A stretch of DNA of 37,064 nucleotides. Origin: a virus (Duplodnaviria; Caudoviricetes). A program made the position numbers and the translations under genes. Shown piece by piece: positions 1 to 7,052 of the stretch; within the stretch, counting starts at the first letter, position 1; each line of letters begins with the position of its first letter. The DNA lies in the IMG/VR virus record IMGVR_UViG_3300031452_000012, positions 1-37,064 of that record; one strand, given 5' to 3'. The notes under the pieces are model-generated. The model was given only the letters and a program-made list of their open reading frames with translations, searched no databases and was not told the origin of the DNA.

Positions 1-54
1 ACAGCCGCCCCGCTTTCGCAGTATAATCCGCCTGCGAACAATCGCAAGCGAAAT

Positions 55-126
55 GCCGACATGGCTCAGTGGTAGAGCAGCTGTTTCGTAAACAGCAGGT
101 CCGCGGTTCGAATCCGCGTGTCGGCT
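55..126 (+). tRNA. tRNA-Thr(CGT), probable prophage integration site
   Basis: Cloverleaf: acceptor GCCGACA/TGTCGGC, D-arm GCTCAGTGGTAGAGC, anticodon stem GCTGT/ACAGC with loop TTCGTAA (CGT at 87-89), T-loop GGTTCGAATCC; no encoded CCA; TATAAT at 22-27 upstream. Confidence 0.95.
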
Positions 127-152
127 TCGGGCACAACTAGACGCAACTTTTA

Positions 153-180
153 CCCTCATCTTAGAGTGAGGGCTTTCTTT
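153..180 (+). terminator. Putative intrinsic terminator after tRNA
   Basis: CCCTCA-N8-TGAGGG stem followed by CTTTCTTT. Confidence 0.5.
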
Positions 181-252
181 GCGCCTGGATGTTTCGTGAG
201 GCGAAACAACACATTTCCTTAGAGGAAACTTTGGGGTCAGGGGGGTTCAGCT

Positions 253-1332
253 TTGGCGATTTTCACACCAAAAACGACCAGCAGCACGGGCGGAAAACGG
301 GTCAACCTTCTCAGCAAGGCAGTCGAAGAGGAGGACCTGATATCCCCCGCCGGCACGGGCGAGGCGGTGACGTGGACGGACCTTGTCGAGGACTGGCGGG
401 CGTTCCTGGTCGCGGGCCGGGCCGCCAAGACCGTCGTCGCCTACATGGACCGGCTCTCGGGCCTGCGCCGCTGGTCGGAAGGGCAGGGCCTCGGCGCGAA
501 CGCGTTCCGTGGCCGGCACCTGACCCGCTACCTCGCCGGGCGCGTCGAGGCCGGCATCAGCCCCACCACGCGCCGCCACGACGCCGTGGTCGCGAAGATG
601 TTCTTCGCCTGGGCCGCGAAGGAAGATTACCTGCCTGGAAACCCGCTTGCCGACTACAAGGTCGTCAAGGCCCCTAAGCCGTTCGTGCGGATGCCCACCG
701 ACGACGAGATCCGCCGCCTCCTGCGCGCGCTGGACGAGCGGTGGTCGATCAAGGCCAACCCCAACGCCCGCTTCATGCCGCCCGCCTCGCGCCAGTTCTA
801 CCTGCGCCGCAACCGCGCCATCGTGTCCGGCCTGATCGAGACGGCCATGCGCGCGGGCGAGATGCTGGCCCTGCGCCTCGACGACTTCGATCCTGTCAAG
901 CGCCAGGTCGCCGTGCGCGTGGCGAAGGGCAAGGAGCCGCGCCTGATCCCCGTCTCCCCCGCCTGGATCGGTATCGTGGACGCCTACCTGAAGAAGCGCC
1001 CGCATTGCCAGAGCGAATATCTGTTCGTGACCGCGTTCGGGACGCGGATCGACTGCAGCAACTTCAGCGGCGACTTCCGGGGCTACCTCGCCTACGCGGG
1101 GCTGTCCGGCTTCAGTCTGCACGGGCTGCGCCACTATGCCATCACCGAGCTGTCCAAGACGAACGTGTGGGCGGCAAGCCAGATCGCCGGGCATAAGGAC
1201 CTGAAGACGACGATGAATTATCTTCACGGCAGCATGGAGCACGTCCGGCAGACGCACACCGACGCCGCCCCGCTGACCCGCCTGCTCGTGAACACCCGCT
1301 CGGAGAAGGCGAGGCGCAAGCGGCTGATCTAA
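253..1332 (+). CDS. int: Tyrosine recombinase / phage integrase
   Basis: Catalytic R (ETAMRAGE), K (AKGK), HGLRH, AGH and Y (TTMNY); N-terminal core-binding region; adjacent to tRNA. Confidence 0.93.
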   Translation: MAIFTPKTTSSTGGKRVNLLSKAVEEEDLISPAGTGEAVTWTDLVEDWRAFLVAGRAAKTVVAYMDRLSGLRRWSEGQGLGANAFRGRHLTRYLAGRVEAGISPTTRRHDAVVAKMFFAWAAKEDYLPGNPLADYKVVKAPKPFVRMPTDDEIRRLLRALDERWSIKANPNARFMPPASRQFYLRRNRAIVSGLIETAMRAGEMLALRLDDFDPVKRQVAVRVAKGKEPRLIPVSPAWIGIVDAYLKKRPHCQSEYLFVTAFGTRIDCSNFSGDFRGYLAYAGLSGFSLHGLRHYAITELSKTNVWAASQIAGHKDLKTTMNYLHGSMEHVRQTHTDAAPLTRLLVNTRSEKARRKRLI

Positions 1333-1344
1333 CCCAACTGGAAA

Positions 1345-1373
1345 GCCTCCGCCCCAAGTTATGGGGCGGAGGC
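1345..1373. terminator. Hairpin between convergent genes
   Basis: Perfect 12-bp stem GCCTCCGCCCCA/TGGGGCGGAGGC, 5-nt loop, 12 nt after integrase stop. Confidence 0.65.
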
Positions 1374-1374
1374 G

Positions 1375-1391
1375 TGTCACCAATTGGGGAC
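1375..1391. promoter_or_regulatory. CCAATTGGGGA motif copy 1
   Basis: TGTCACCAATTGGGGAC, 1 mismatch to copies at 18512 and 34422. Confidence 0.5.
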
Positions 1392-1454
1392 GGTTCAGGG
1401 GGGCATCAGTAGTGCCAGGTGCCTGATCCGACCAGCCTCTTGGGTCGAGTCCCG

Positions 1455-2249
1455 CTACTCGCCCGCCTGCGACGCGAGCGCCCGCGCCGACTCGATCAAG
1501 GCTTCAACGTATTCTGGCCGGCACCCGCATATCGCGCCGGTTAATTCATGCGAAAGAGTCTCTGAAAATGTGTAGAGCACACGCTGGTCTTGCAGGCTGT
1601 AACTGGCCTCTATGAGGGCGACGAGGCCCGACTTTTCTTGCAGGATTGCCTCGGGGTCGGAGGCGTTCTTGTCGGCGCGCAGGTCATACCAGGAGCTGCG
1701 CTGTCCGTCCACGGGCGCGTCAAGCGAAACGGTGTTGTACTTGCGCTCTATGTAGTCGGGCGGCTGATGCCTGCGTACCTCTCTCTGTTTCTCTCCCCGA
1801 CGCCTCTCTAGGATGCCGTTCTTTCGCCGCCGGTTTTTTCTACGCTCCCGAATACTCGCGTTGTTCTTCAGGTCGTACAAACGCCGATAAGCAGTTCGCG
1901 CGCCCGTTATTGACCGCTTCGCCTCTATCGCCCTGATCTTTTCAGGGTCTCGCGTTGCCCATTCGCGCTGATAGCGATTTTTGTCAAAAGAGACGTGACC
2001 AGCCGGATCGCCGGTAAACACTCCGGCCCTGGCGTGGCGGTATGCCCTCCCCGCGTCAACGAGCCTGTCATACACGCCTCGCAGCGCCTTTATTGACAGC
2101 CCGTGTTTTTCTTCAAGCTGACGCAGGGAAGGCATCTTCGTGTTGGGGGGCAGGCTGTCGCACAGCGCGGAAAGTTCCTGCGCCGCGACTTCCTCTCTGC
2201 GCCCGGCATAGCCCGCCCGCCTCTGCTGGTTTGTCCTGGGCATCACCAC
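1455..2249 (-). CDS. Putative regulator: GntR-type wHTH fused to sigma-70 region 3/4-like C-terminus (start may be 2243)
   Basis: LPPNTKMPSLRQLEEKHGLSIKALRGVYDRLVDAG..GVF fits GntR HTH; TVSLDAPVDG..DPE and terminal helices resemble sigma region 3.2/4. Confidence 0.65.
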   Translation of the reverse strand: MVMPRTNQQRRAGYAGRREEVAAQELSALCDSLPPNTKMPSLRQLEEKHGLSIKALRGVYDRLVDAGRAYRHARAGVFTGDPAGHVSFDKNRYQREWATRDPEKIRAIEAKRSITGARTAYRRLYDLKNNASIRERRKNRRRKNGILERRRGEKQREVRRHQPPDYIERKYNTVSLDAPVDGQRSSWYDLRADKNASDPEAILQEKSGLVALIEASYSLQDQRVLYTFSETLSHELTGAICGCRPEYVEALIESARALASQAGE

Positions 2250-2251
2250 TC

Positions 2252-2382
2252 ACCGTCCCCACCAAGAAAAATAGTGCGAAAATATCTTACAAGGACTTGA
2301 CAACGGTATTATGAGTGCGGTATAATCTCTACGTAAGACAAACAAAGGCGGCGGCCAAACGCAGAAGGAAACGACGACCATG
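2252..2382 (+). promoter_or_regulatory. Sigma-70 promoter and leader, cassette copy 1
   Basis: TTGACA 2297-2302, 18 bp, TATAAT 2321-2326; A-rich upstream tract; AAGGA RBS; near-identical to 6177-6305. Confidence 0.85.
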
Positions 2383-2700
2383 ACCAGAGTTACCATCACA
2401 CCCAACAAGCGCATCCTAACGAGCCACGCCGACGCCGCCGGCTACGAGTGGTGGAGCGGCATACTCGGGGACTCCACCGCCTCTGAGTTCATCGGAATGG
2501 GCATTGTTGACGGCAAGGACAAAAACCTTGAGATGCTCATCGATTACCTGCAGCATTTGATCGGCGAGGGCTTCTACACCCGCAAGGCTGACTGGGACGC
2601 AGACAACGAGAATGCGACCCTTCTGGGATGCTACGAGTTCACCCCGGCTCAGGCCCTCGCCGACATCCGGTGCATGGCGCGAGATGAGCGAGGCGAATAA
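2380..2700 (+). CDS. Hypothetical protein, first cargo gene of cassette 1
   Basis: ATG after promoter/RBS; stop overlaps next start (TAATG). Confidence 0.75.
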   Translation: MTRVTITPNKRILTSHADAAGYEWWSGILGDSTASEFIGMGIVDGKDKNLEMLIDYLQHLIGEGFYTRKADWDADNENATLLGCYEFTPAQALADIRCMARDERGE

Positions 2701-3227
2701 TGACTGTGATTGAGGAAGCGGACATCGGCGCGCACTCAAAACGGATGCTCAGGGTGCGCGACATACTTACCCTGGAATCGTTGGCCGACCGGACCTCAGA
2801 AGAGGTCCGGTCCTGGATGGGGATGGGGCCGACCAGATTCCGGCAGTTAGCGGCGGCACTGAAGGGCAGCGGCCTGTCCTTTGCGGCAGCTCCGGGCAGC
2901 TCCGGCGAGCCGGTACACGGTGACGTGCGGCTCCGCAATTCCGATACCCAGGCGCGGCTCCGCCAGGAGCGTCGGGTGTCGGCGGTCAGGGCTGGGGGAT
3001 TCGACCCGAAGGCCCTTCGGCGAGCACGGAAGGCGTTCGGGCTGACACAGAGAGCCGTTGCCGATGTGCTACGGGTGGAGACCGACGTGATCCGCCGGTG
3101 GGAAACTGGGGCCTCCCAGCCGTCCGCGACAAACCTGCTGCGGCTAATGTTGCTGTTCTCTCTCCGTCCGCGGCAACTGCTGAGGGAAACGGCGAGCGAA
3201 GAAAGAGAAGGCGATGCCCTACCCTAA
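2700..3227 (+). CDS. RNAP alphaCTD-like domain fused to XRE/Cro HTH
   Basis: N-term IEEADIGAHSKRMLRVRDILTLESLADRTSEEVRSWMGMGPTRFRQLAAALKGSGLSF parallels alphaCTD pattern; C-term LRRARKAFGLTQRAVADVLRV..IRRWETG..QPS is XRE. Confidence 0.75.
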   Translation: MTVIEEADIGAHSKRMLRVRDILTLESLADRTSEEVRSWMGMGPTRFRQLAAALKGSGLSFAAAPGSSGEPVHGDVRLRNSDTQARLRQERRVSAVRAGGFDPKALRRARKAFGLTQRAVADVLRVETDVIRRWETGASQPSATNLLRLMLLFSLRPRQLLRETASEEREGDALP

Positions 3228-3804
3228 AACCCCGTGTCCGTTCACCCCGGCCCGCCTGAGCGAACTCTACTGGCGTGAGGCTAAGAGCGTTTCCGCCATC
3301 GGGCGGCTCGCGGGCGTAAGCGATTGCATCGTCAAGGGCTGGCTCACCGACGCGGGGATCACACTGCGTTCCCGGTCGGAGGTCATCAAGGCCGAATACG
3401 TAACCCACGGCCCGGCGAAGCGCAAGGCGGTTTCAGCAACGGCTCTGCGGATCAACGCGGAACTCGCAGCCACGCGCAGCGCAGACCATCTACACAATAA
3501 GGCGACAGCGAGGAAAATCAGCCGGGTGCGGCTGGCACAGGCCGAGGCGCGGCGCAAGGAACTCTACACCGTCGTTTCCTGCGATTACTGCGGCAGCGCG
3601 GTTCGTCGCCTGAAATCCCGAGTCAAGGAACGCAATTTTTGCGACCGCAAACACATGATGCTCTACCGACACAGTCACAAACGTATTGAGCAGGGCCGGC
3701 GGCTTTGCTCCGAACCCGGCTGCGGGAAGCCGCATTGCGCCAAGGGATTCTGCAAGATGCACTATTACCAGGCCGCAAGGGCGGAACAGGCGCACGGAAA
3801 ATGA
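3214..3804 (+). CDS. HTH plus Zn-finger DNA-binding protein
   Basis: LSELYWREAKSVSAIGRLAGVSDCIVKGWL HTH; CDYC..FCDRKH and CSEPGCGKPHCAKGFCKMHY Cys/His clusters. Confidence 0.7.
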   Translation: MPYPKTPCPFTPARLSELYWREAKSVSAIGRLAGVSDCIVKGWLTDAGITLRSRSEVIKAEYVTHGPAKRKAVSATALRINAELAATRSADHLHNKATARKISRVRLAQAEARRKELYTVVSCDYCGSAVRRLKSRVKERNFCDRKHMMLYRHSHKRIEQGRRLCSEPGCGKPHCAKGFCKMHYYQAARAEQAHGK

Positions 3805-3822
3805 CCAAACCCGAGAAGCGCG

Positions 3823-4074
3823 GTGGCACTCTACCTGCACGTGACCGGCGACGACAAGGTTTACGGACAGATCGAGCAAGCCTCCGAAGATGGGATGTTT
3901 GTCGCGGACTGCAAAAGCCTGCTGGCGGGTGAGGGCGACGACTGGGATGTCGAAACCTACCCGCTTTCGGAAATCGAGGACGTGCCGGAAGTCGGCCAGT
4001 TTGACGGTTCGGCCTCCGTCGTTGGTAGCCCCGGACTCGCCGCTCTGGCATACATGGGTATCCCCCGTGACTAA
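3823..4074 (+). CDS. Small acidic hypothetical protein
   Basis: 83 aa, GTG start, in operon direction. Confidence 0.55.
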   Translation: MALYLHVTGDDKVYGQIEQASEDGMFVADCKSLLAGEGDDWDVETYPLSEIEDVPEVGQFDGSASVVGSPGLAALAYMGIPRD

Positions 4075-4079
4075 AACCC

Positions 4080-4123
4080 ACCAGAAATAGACGAGGCTCT
4101 AACCAGAAATAGACGAGGCTCTA
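4080..4123. repeat. Tandem repeat 22 bp x2
   Basis: ACCAGAAATAGACGAGGCTCTA twice; contains GAGG RBS of the 4125 gene. Confidence 0.95.
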
Positions 4124-4124
4124 A

Positions 4125-4331
4125 ATGGACAAACCCAAGCGCACCCTGCCGCCCGGCATGGGCGGCAAGCAGGAGGGGGCGGGTCGGAAGACCCTGCCCC
4201 CCGAACGGCGAAAAGTCCGCGTCGTCGGCTACGTCGAGCCCGCCGTCGCCCAGTGGGTCGGGAAAAACGGCGGGAGCAGGCTCGTTTCCAGGCTTCTGGC
4301 CGACGCCCATGTCAAGGGGCTGATTGTCTAA
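4125..4331 (+). CDS. Small DNA-binding protein (GGxxxGAGRK + RHH-like), copy 1
   Basis: GGKQEGAGRK then KVRVVGYV strand and two helices; paralog at 6762-6956. Confidence 0.75.
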   Translation: MDKPKRTLPPGMGGKQEGAGRKTLPPERRKVRVVGYVEPAVAQWVGKNGGSRLVSRLLADAHVKGLIV

Positions 4332-4364
4332 GTCAGATACCCCCGCCTAAAGGCTGGGGGCTTG
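4332..4364 (+). mobile_element. IS200/IS605-type terminal hairpin remnant
   Basis: GTCAGATACCCCCGCCTAAAGGCTGGGGGCTTG resembles IS200/IS605-family end hairpins; no tnpA/tnpB/iscB nearby. Confidence 0.45.
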
Positions 4365-4390
4365 TCCCTCACACCTAAGCGGTGAATCGC

Positions 4391-4927
4391 CTAGACCAGC
4401 ACGTAGCACACGCTGGCAAGTTCGTTCAGAGCGTGTCCAGAATGCAGGGGCGCATTCCAAGCCCTCTCCCCCGGCCCGTGGCCGCCGAAGCTCTCGACCG
4501 TGTGACCATTAACCGCAAGCCAGATGTGGCCCGCCTCGTCCATCCCGTCCGGGTGGTGGATGCAGCACCGCAAATGCCCGTCCGCCAGGGCGCAGCTCTC
4601 CGGGGCCGTCGGCTTGAAACCCTGCGCGGCCAGCCAGTCGCCCTGAGTGTAGCTGCCGTCGGGCATACGGCGCATCGCGCCGTCATCCGGCCCGCCCGCC
4701 GCGTACATCAGCAGCGTCCGGGCGAAGCCCGAGCAGTCGATCCGCGTAAAGCCCACACGCCCCGAGCCGCAGTCGGGGTCCTTTGATCCCCATCCGTAGG
4801 CGACATGGGCCGCGTAGCACCGCCCCTTGAAATCGGCGAGTTTGGCCCAGTCTATCGGACAGACGACGTGGCCGGCCAAGGGGCCTGACGTGGCTCGAAT
4901 TAGCCTGGTTTGTGTCAGTTCGGGCAT
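4391..4927 (-). CDS. NlpC/P60-family cell wall hydrolase (endolysin)
   Basis: YGWG..IDCSGF..GHIWL catalytic Cys/His pattern; start placed at MPELTQ (4927) after GAGGA. Confidence 0.8.
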   Translation of the reverse strand: MPELTQTRLIRATSGPLAGHVVCPIDWAKLADFKGRCYAAHVAYGWGSKDPDCGSGRVGFTRIDCSGFARTLLMYAAGGPDDGAMRRMPDGSYTQGDWLAAQGFKPTAPESCALADGHLRCCIHHPDGMDEAGHIWLAVNGHTVESFGGHGPGERAWNAPLHSGHALNELASVCYVLV

Positions 4928-4932
4928 GGTTG

Positions 4933-4986
4933 TTTCCTCAAATGTTTGTTTTTCCTCAAATGTTTGTTTTTCCTCAAATGTTTGTT
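4933..4986. repeat. Tandem repeat 18 bp x3 at holin/endolysin junction
   Basis: TTTCCTCAAATGTTTGTT; minus strand carries upstream TGA and GAGGA. Confidence 0.95.
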
Positions 4987-5861
4987 GGGGCAAGGGCCGG
5001 GAGCAGTTGCTCCGATGCGGACGCCTCGGCCTCGTCGGGCGGTTGCACAATCACGGCAGGGATGACGACCGCCGCGTCCGGCGTCGGGGGCGCGTCGGGC
5101 AGGCCCCCGGCGTCCGCCGCCTTGCCCCCGAACAGGCGGCTGGTCACGTCGTTGATCTTGCCCAGGATGCCCGGCGCGACCACGGTGACCGCCTGGGGCG
5201 CGGTCACGGCCTCGGGCACGTCAGCCGCATGGGGCACCGGCTCCGGGGCGCTGCCGTCGGGGCTGCCCCCAACGGCCTGCGCGGACGCGGGCGGGGCGGC
5301 CTGAACGAAAACGGACTGGATGGGCGGGGCCGGTGCCGGCGGGGCGACGGGCGGGGCCAAAAGGTCCGCCCGGCTCATCTCCAGCGTTTTGTGGATGGCC
5401 TCGGTCGTGTTCGCCTGAGTGGACGCCGTGTGGGCGGTGAGGGCGGCGAGCAGCTTCAGCGCGTCCTCCATCGTGTTGGTAGATGGCAGGGACTCGTTGA
5501 CAGGCGACGGATCGACTGCCGGTGAAGCCGGGGCGGTGGAGGTGACGCCCACGTGTTTCAGGGCCATCAGGAGCGGCGACTTCCAGCCCAGCTTGGTGTA
5601 AAACAGCTTGGCCCCGGTGAAGATCGCGCCGACGGCGGCTAAGGCCCCGGCGGACGAGTGCAGGCTGGTGAACGTGCCGCCGGACGCCAGGAACGAGCCG
5701 AAGCCCGCGACGAGGCACACGAGGAAGGCGATCACCTCGTTGACCCAGGCCGGGAGGCGTGACTGCGTGAGGAATGCCGTCACGTAGGGCGCGGCGGGCG
5801 TCAGGGCCAGCGACAGCAGTACCAGGGTTTGCAGGTTGAGCAGTTGCAGGGGCGGGTGCAT
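4974..5861 (-). CDS. Holin-like membrane protein with long Pro/Ala-rich tail
   Basis: About three hydrophobic segments in first 100 aa; directly upstream of endolysin. Confidence 0.6.
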   Translation of the reverse strand: MHPPLQLLNLQTLVLLSLALTPAAPYVTAFLTQSRLPAWVNEVIAFLVCLVAGFGSFLASGGTFTSLHSSAGALAAVGAIFTGAKLFYTKLGWKSPLLMALKHVGVTSTAPASPAVDPSPVNESLPSTNTMEDALKLLAALTAHTASTQANTTEAIHKTLEMSRADLLAPPVAPPAPAPPIQSVFVQAAPPASAQAVGGSPDGSAPEPVPHAADVPEAVTAPQAVTVVAPGILGKINDVTSRLFGGKAADAGGLPDAPPTPDAAVVIPAVIVQPPDEAEASASEQLLPALAPTNI

Positions 5862-5891
5862 GGGGAAATCCTTTCAGGGCGGGGGGGCGGC

Positions 5892-6068
5892 CTACAGTTT
5901 GATCGTCCAGTTGTCCAGCAGGTCGTCGAGGAATAACAGGATCACGGGCGCGGCGGCGGCGTACTTGGGCCGGGCCGCCAGGGAGACGGCCTGCTGCCGA
6001 AGGGCGAACTTGATGCCGGGCAGGGCGGAGTTGACCAGGTTTTGGCCGATGACCTTGAAGATGTTCAT
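5892..6068 (-). CDS. Small hypothetical protein of lysis module (58 aa)
   Basis: MNIFKVIGQ.. after AAAGGAAA RBS; track ORF start at 6251 overlaps the promoter. Confidence 0.6.
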   Translation of the reverse strand: MNIFKVIGQNLVNSALPGIKFALRQQAVSLAARPKYAAAAPVILLFLDDLLDNWTIKL

Positions 6069-6176
6069 TGGGTTTCCTTTCGCGGGAGATGGCAGGGGCA
6101 TGGGAGCCGGGTCAATAAATAAGCCCCGGCCACGATTGGCGGGGCGGGAGGGCAGGCGGGGATCGCGTTTCCCCTT

Positions 6177-6305
6177 ACCGTCCCTATACAAGAAAAATAG
6201 TGCGAAAATATCTTGCAAGGGCTTGACAAATGAATTATGAGTGCGGTACAATCTCTACGTAAGACAAACAAAGGCGGCGGCCAAACGCAGAAAGAAACGA
6301 CAATG
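6177..6305 (+). promoter_or_regulatory. Sigma-70 promoter and leader, cassette copy 2
   Basis: TTGACA 6223-6228, 18 bp, TACAAT 6247-6252; direct repeat of 2252-2382. Confidence 0.85.
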
Positions 6306-6761
6306 ACAACTGAACTGACAATGCATCAGATTATGGCGATGATGGAGGCACGTAAATTGCTTGGCGAGGCGACGTGCCTCATTGACCGGGCAATGCGGGA
6401 GGTCTATCCGCCCGACGAGCACTACTCGGTTACACGCCGACCGGGCCAAACCCTGATAGATGAAACGCACACTCTGCTTTCCCACCGCATTGGGCAATAT
6501 CTCAACTACCACGTGGATAACAACGGGCTGACGATGCCGCTTGGCCCCCACGTGGACGGCAAGCACGGGGAGTCTTTGCGGGTGGCGTGGGAGGGCCTCT
6601 TGGACGCTCGCCGGGCAGAGGATGCGGTTTATAGGCTCGGCCAACACCCCATTGACATTCTGCGGCGGTGTGTTGGCCCGTGCCTCTCGGATGCGGACGC
6701 AATCTATCTGCAGTGGCGGCAGGCGGATTTTGCAGAGTTCGCCGGAGGTATGAGACCCTAA
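6303..6761 (+). CDS. Hypothetical protein, cargo of cassette 2
   Basis: Start MTTELT at the position equivalent to 2380 in copy 1. Confidence 0.75.
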   Translation: MTTELTMHQIMAMMEARKLLGEATCLIDRAMREVYPPDEHYSVTRRPGQTLIDETHTLLSHRIGQYLNYHVDNNGLTMPLGPHVDGKHGESLRVAWEGLLDARRAEDAVYRLGQHPIDILRRCVGPCLSDADAIYLQWRQADFAEFAGGMRP

Positions 6762-6956
6762 ATGGAAAAGCCCGAGAAGCAATTCGGCGGCAGGCAGGAG
6801 GGGGCGGGGCGCAAGGCCCTGCCCCCCGAACGGCGTAAAGTCCGCGTCGTCGGCTACGTCGAGCCTGCCGTCGCCCAGTGGGTCGGGAAAAACGGCGGGA
6901 GCAGGCTCGTTTCCAGGCTTCTGGCTGACGCCCATGTCAAGAGGTTGATCGTCTAG
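6762..6956 (+). CDS. Small DNA-binding protein (GGxxxGAGRK + RHH-like), copy 2
   Basis: Nearly identical to 4125-4331 from GGxQEGAGRK onward; GGAGG upstream. Confidence 0.75.
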   Translation: MEKPEKQFGGRQEGAGRKALPPERRKVRVVGYVEPAVAQWVGKNGGSRLVSRLLADAHVKRLIV

Positions 6957-7010
6957 AAACGCACGTCGAATCCAAAGAAACGCACGTCGAATCCAAAGAA
7001 ACGCACGTCG
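6955..7010. repeat. Tandem repeat 21 bp x2.7
   Basis: AGAAACGCACGTCGAATCCAA. Confidence 0.95.
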
Positions 7011-7034
7011 GGCATAAAGTCCGACGTGCGTTTC
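6998..7034. terminator. Hairpin between convergent genes
   Basis: GAAACGCACGTCGG-N9-CCGACGTGCGTTTC, 14-bp perfect stem; weak U tract. Confidence 0.55.
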
Positions 7035-7052
7035 GACGTGCAATTCCGTTAC

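Noticed and set aside
100-150. Exact att core
   Set aside because: No second copy of the tRNA 3' end seen in the window
247-1383. Long antisense or alternate-frame ORFs (also 8772-10034, 25203-26975, 30802-32259, 35471-36742)
   Set aside because: Shadow ORFs typical of high-GC DNA, overlapping genes with clear motifs
4928-5050. Extended starts in the ORF track (5050, 6237, 6251, 8075, 29461)
   Set aside because: They run through repeats, promoters or neighbouring genes; downstream ATGs have better context
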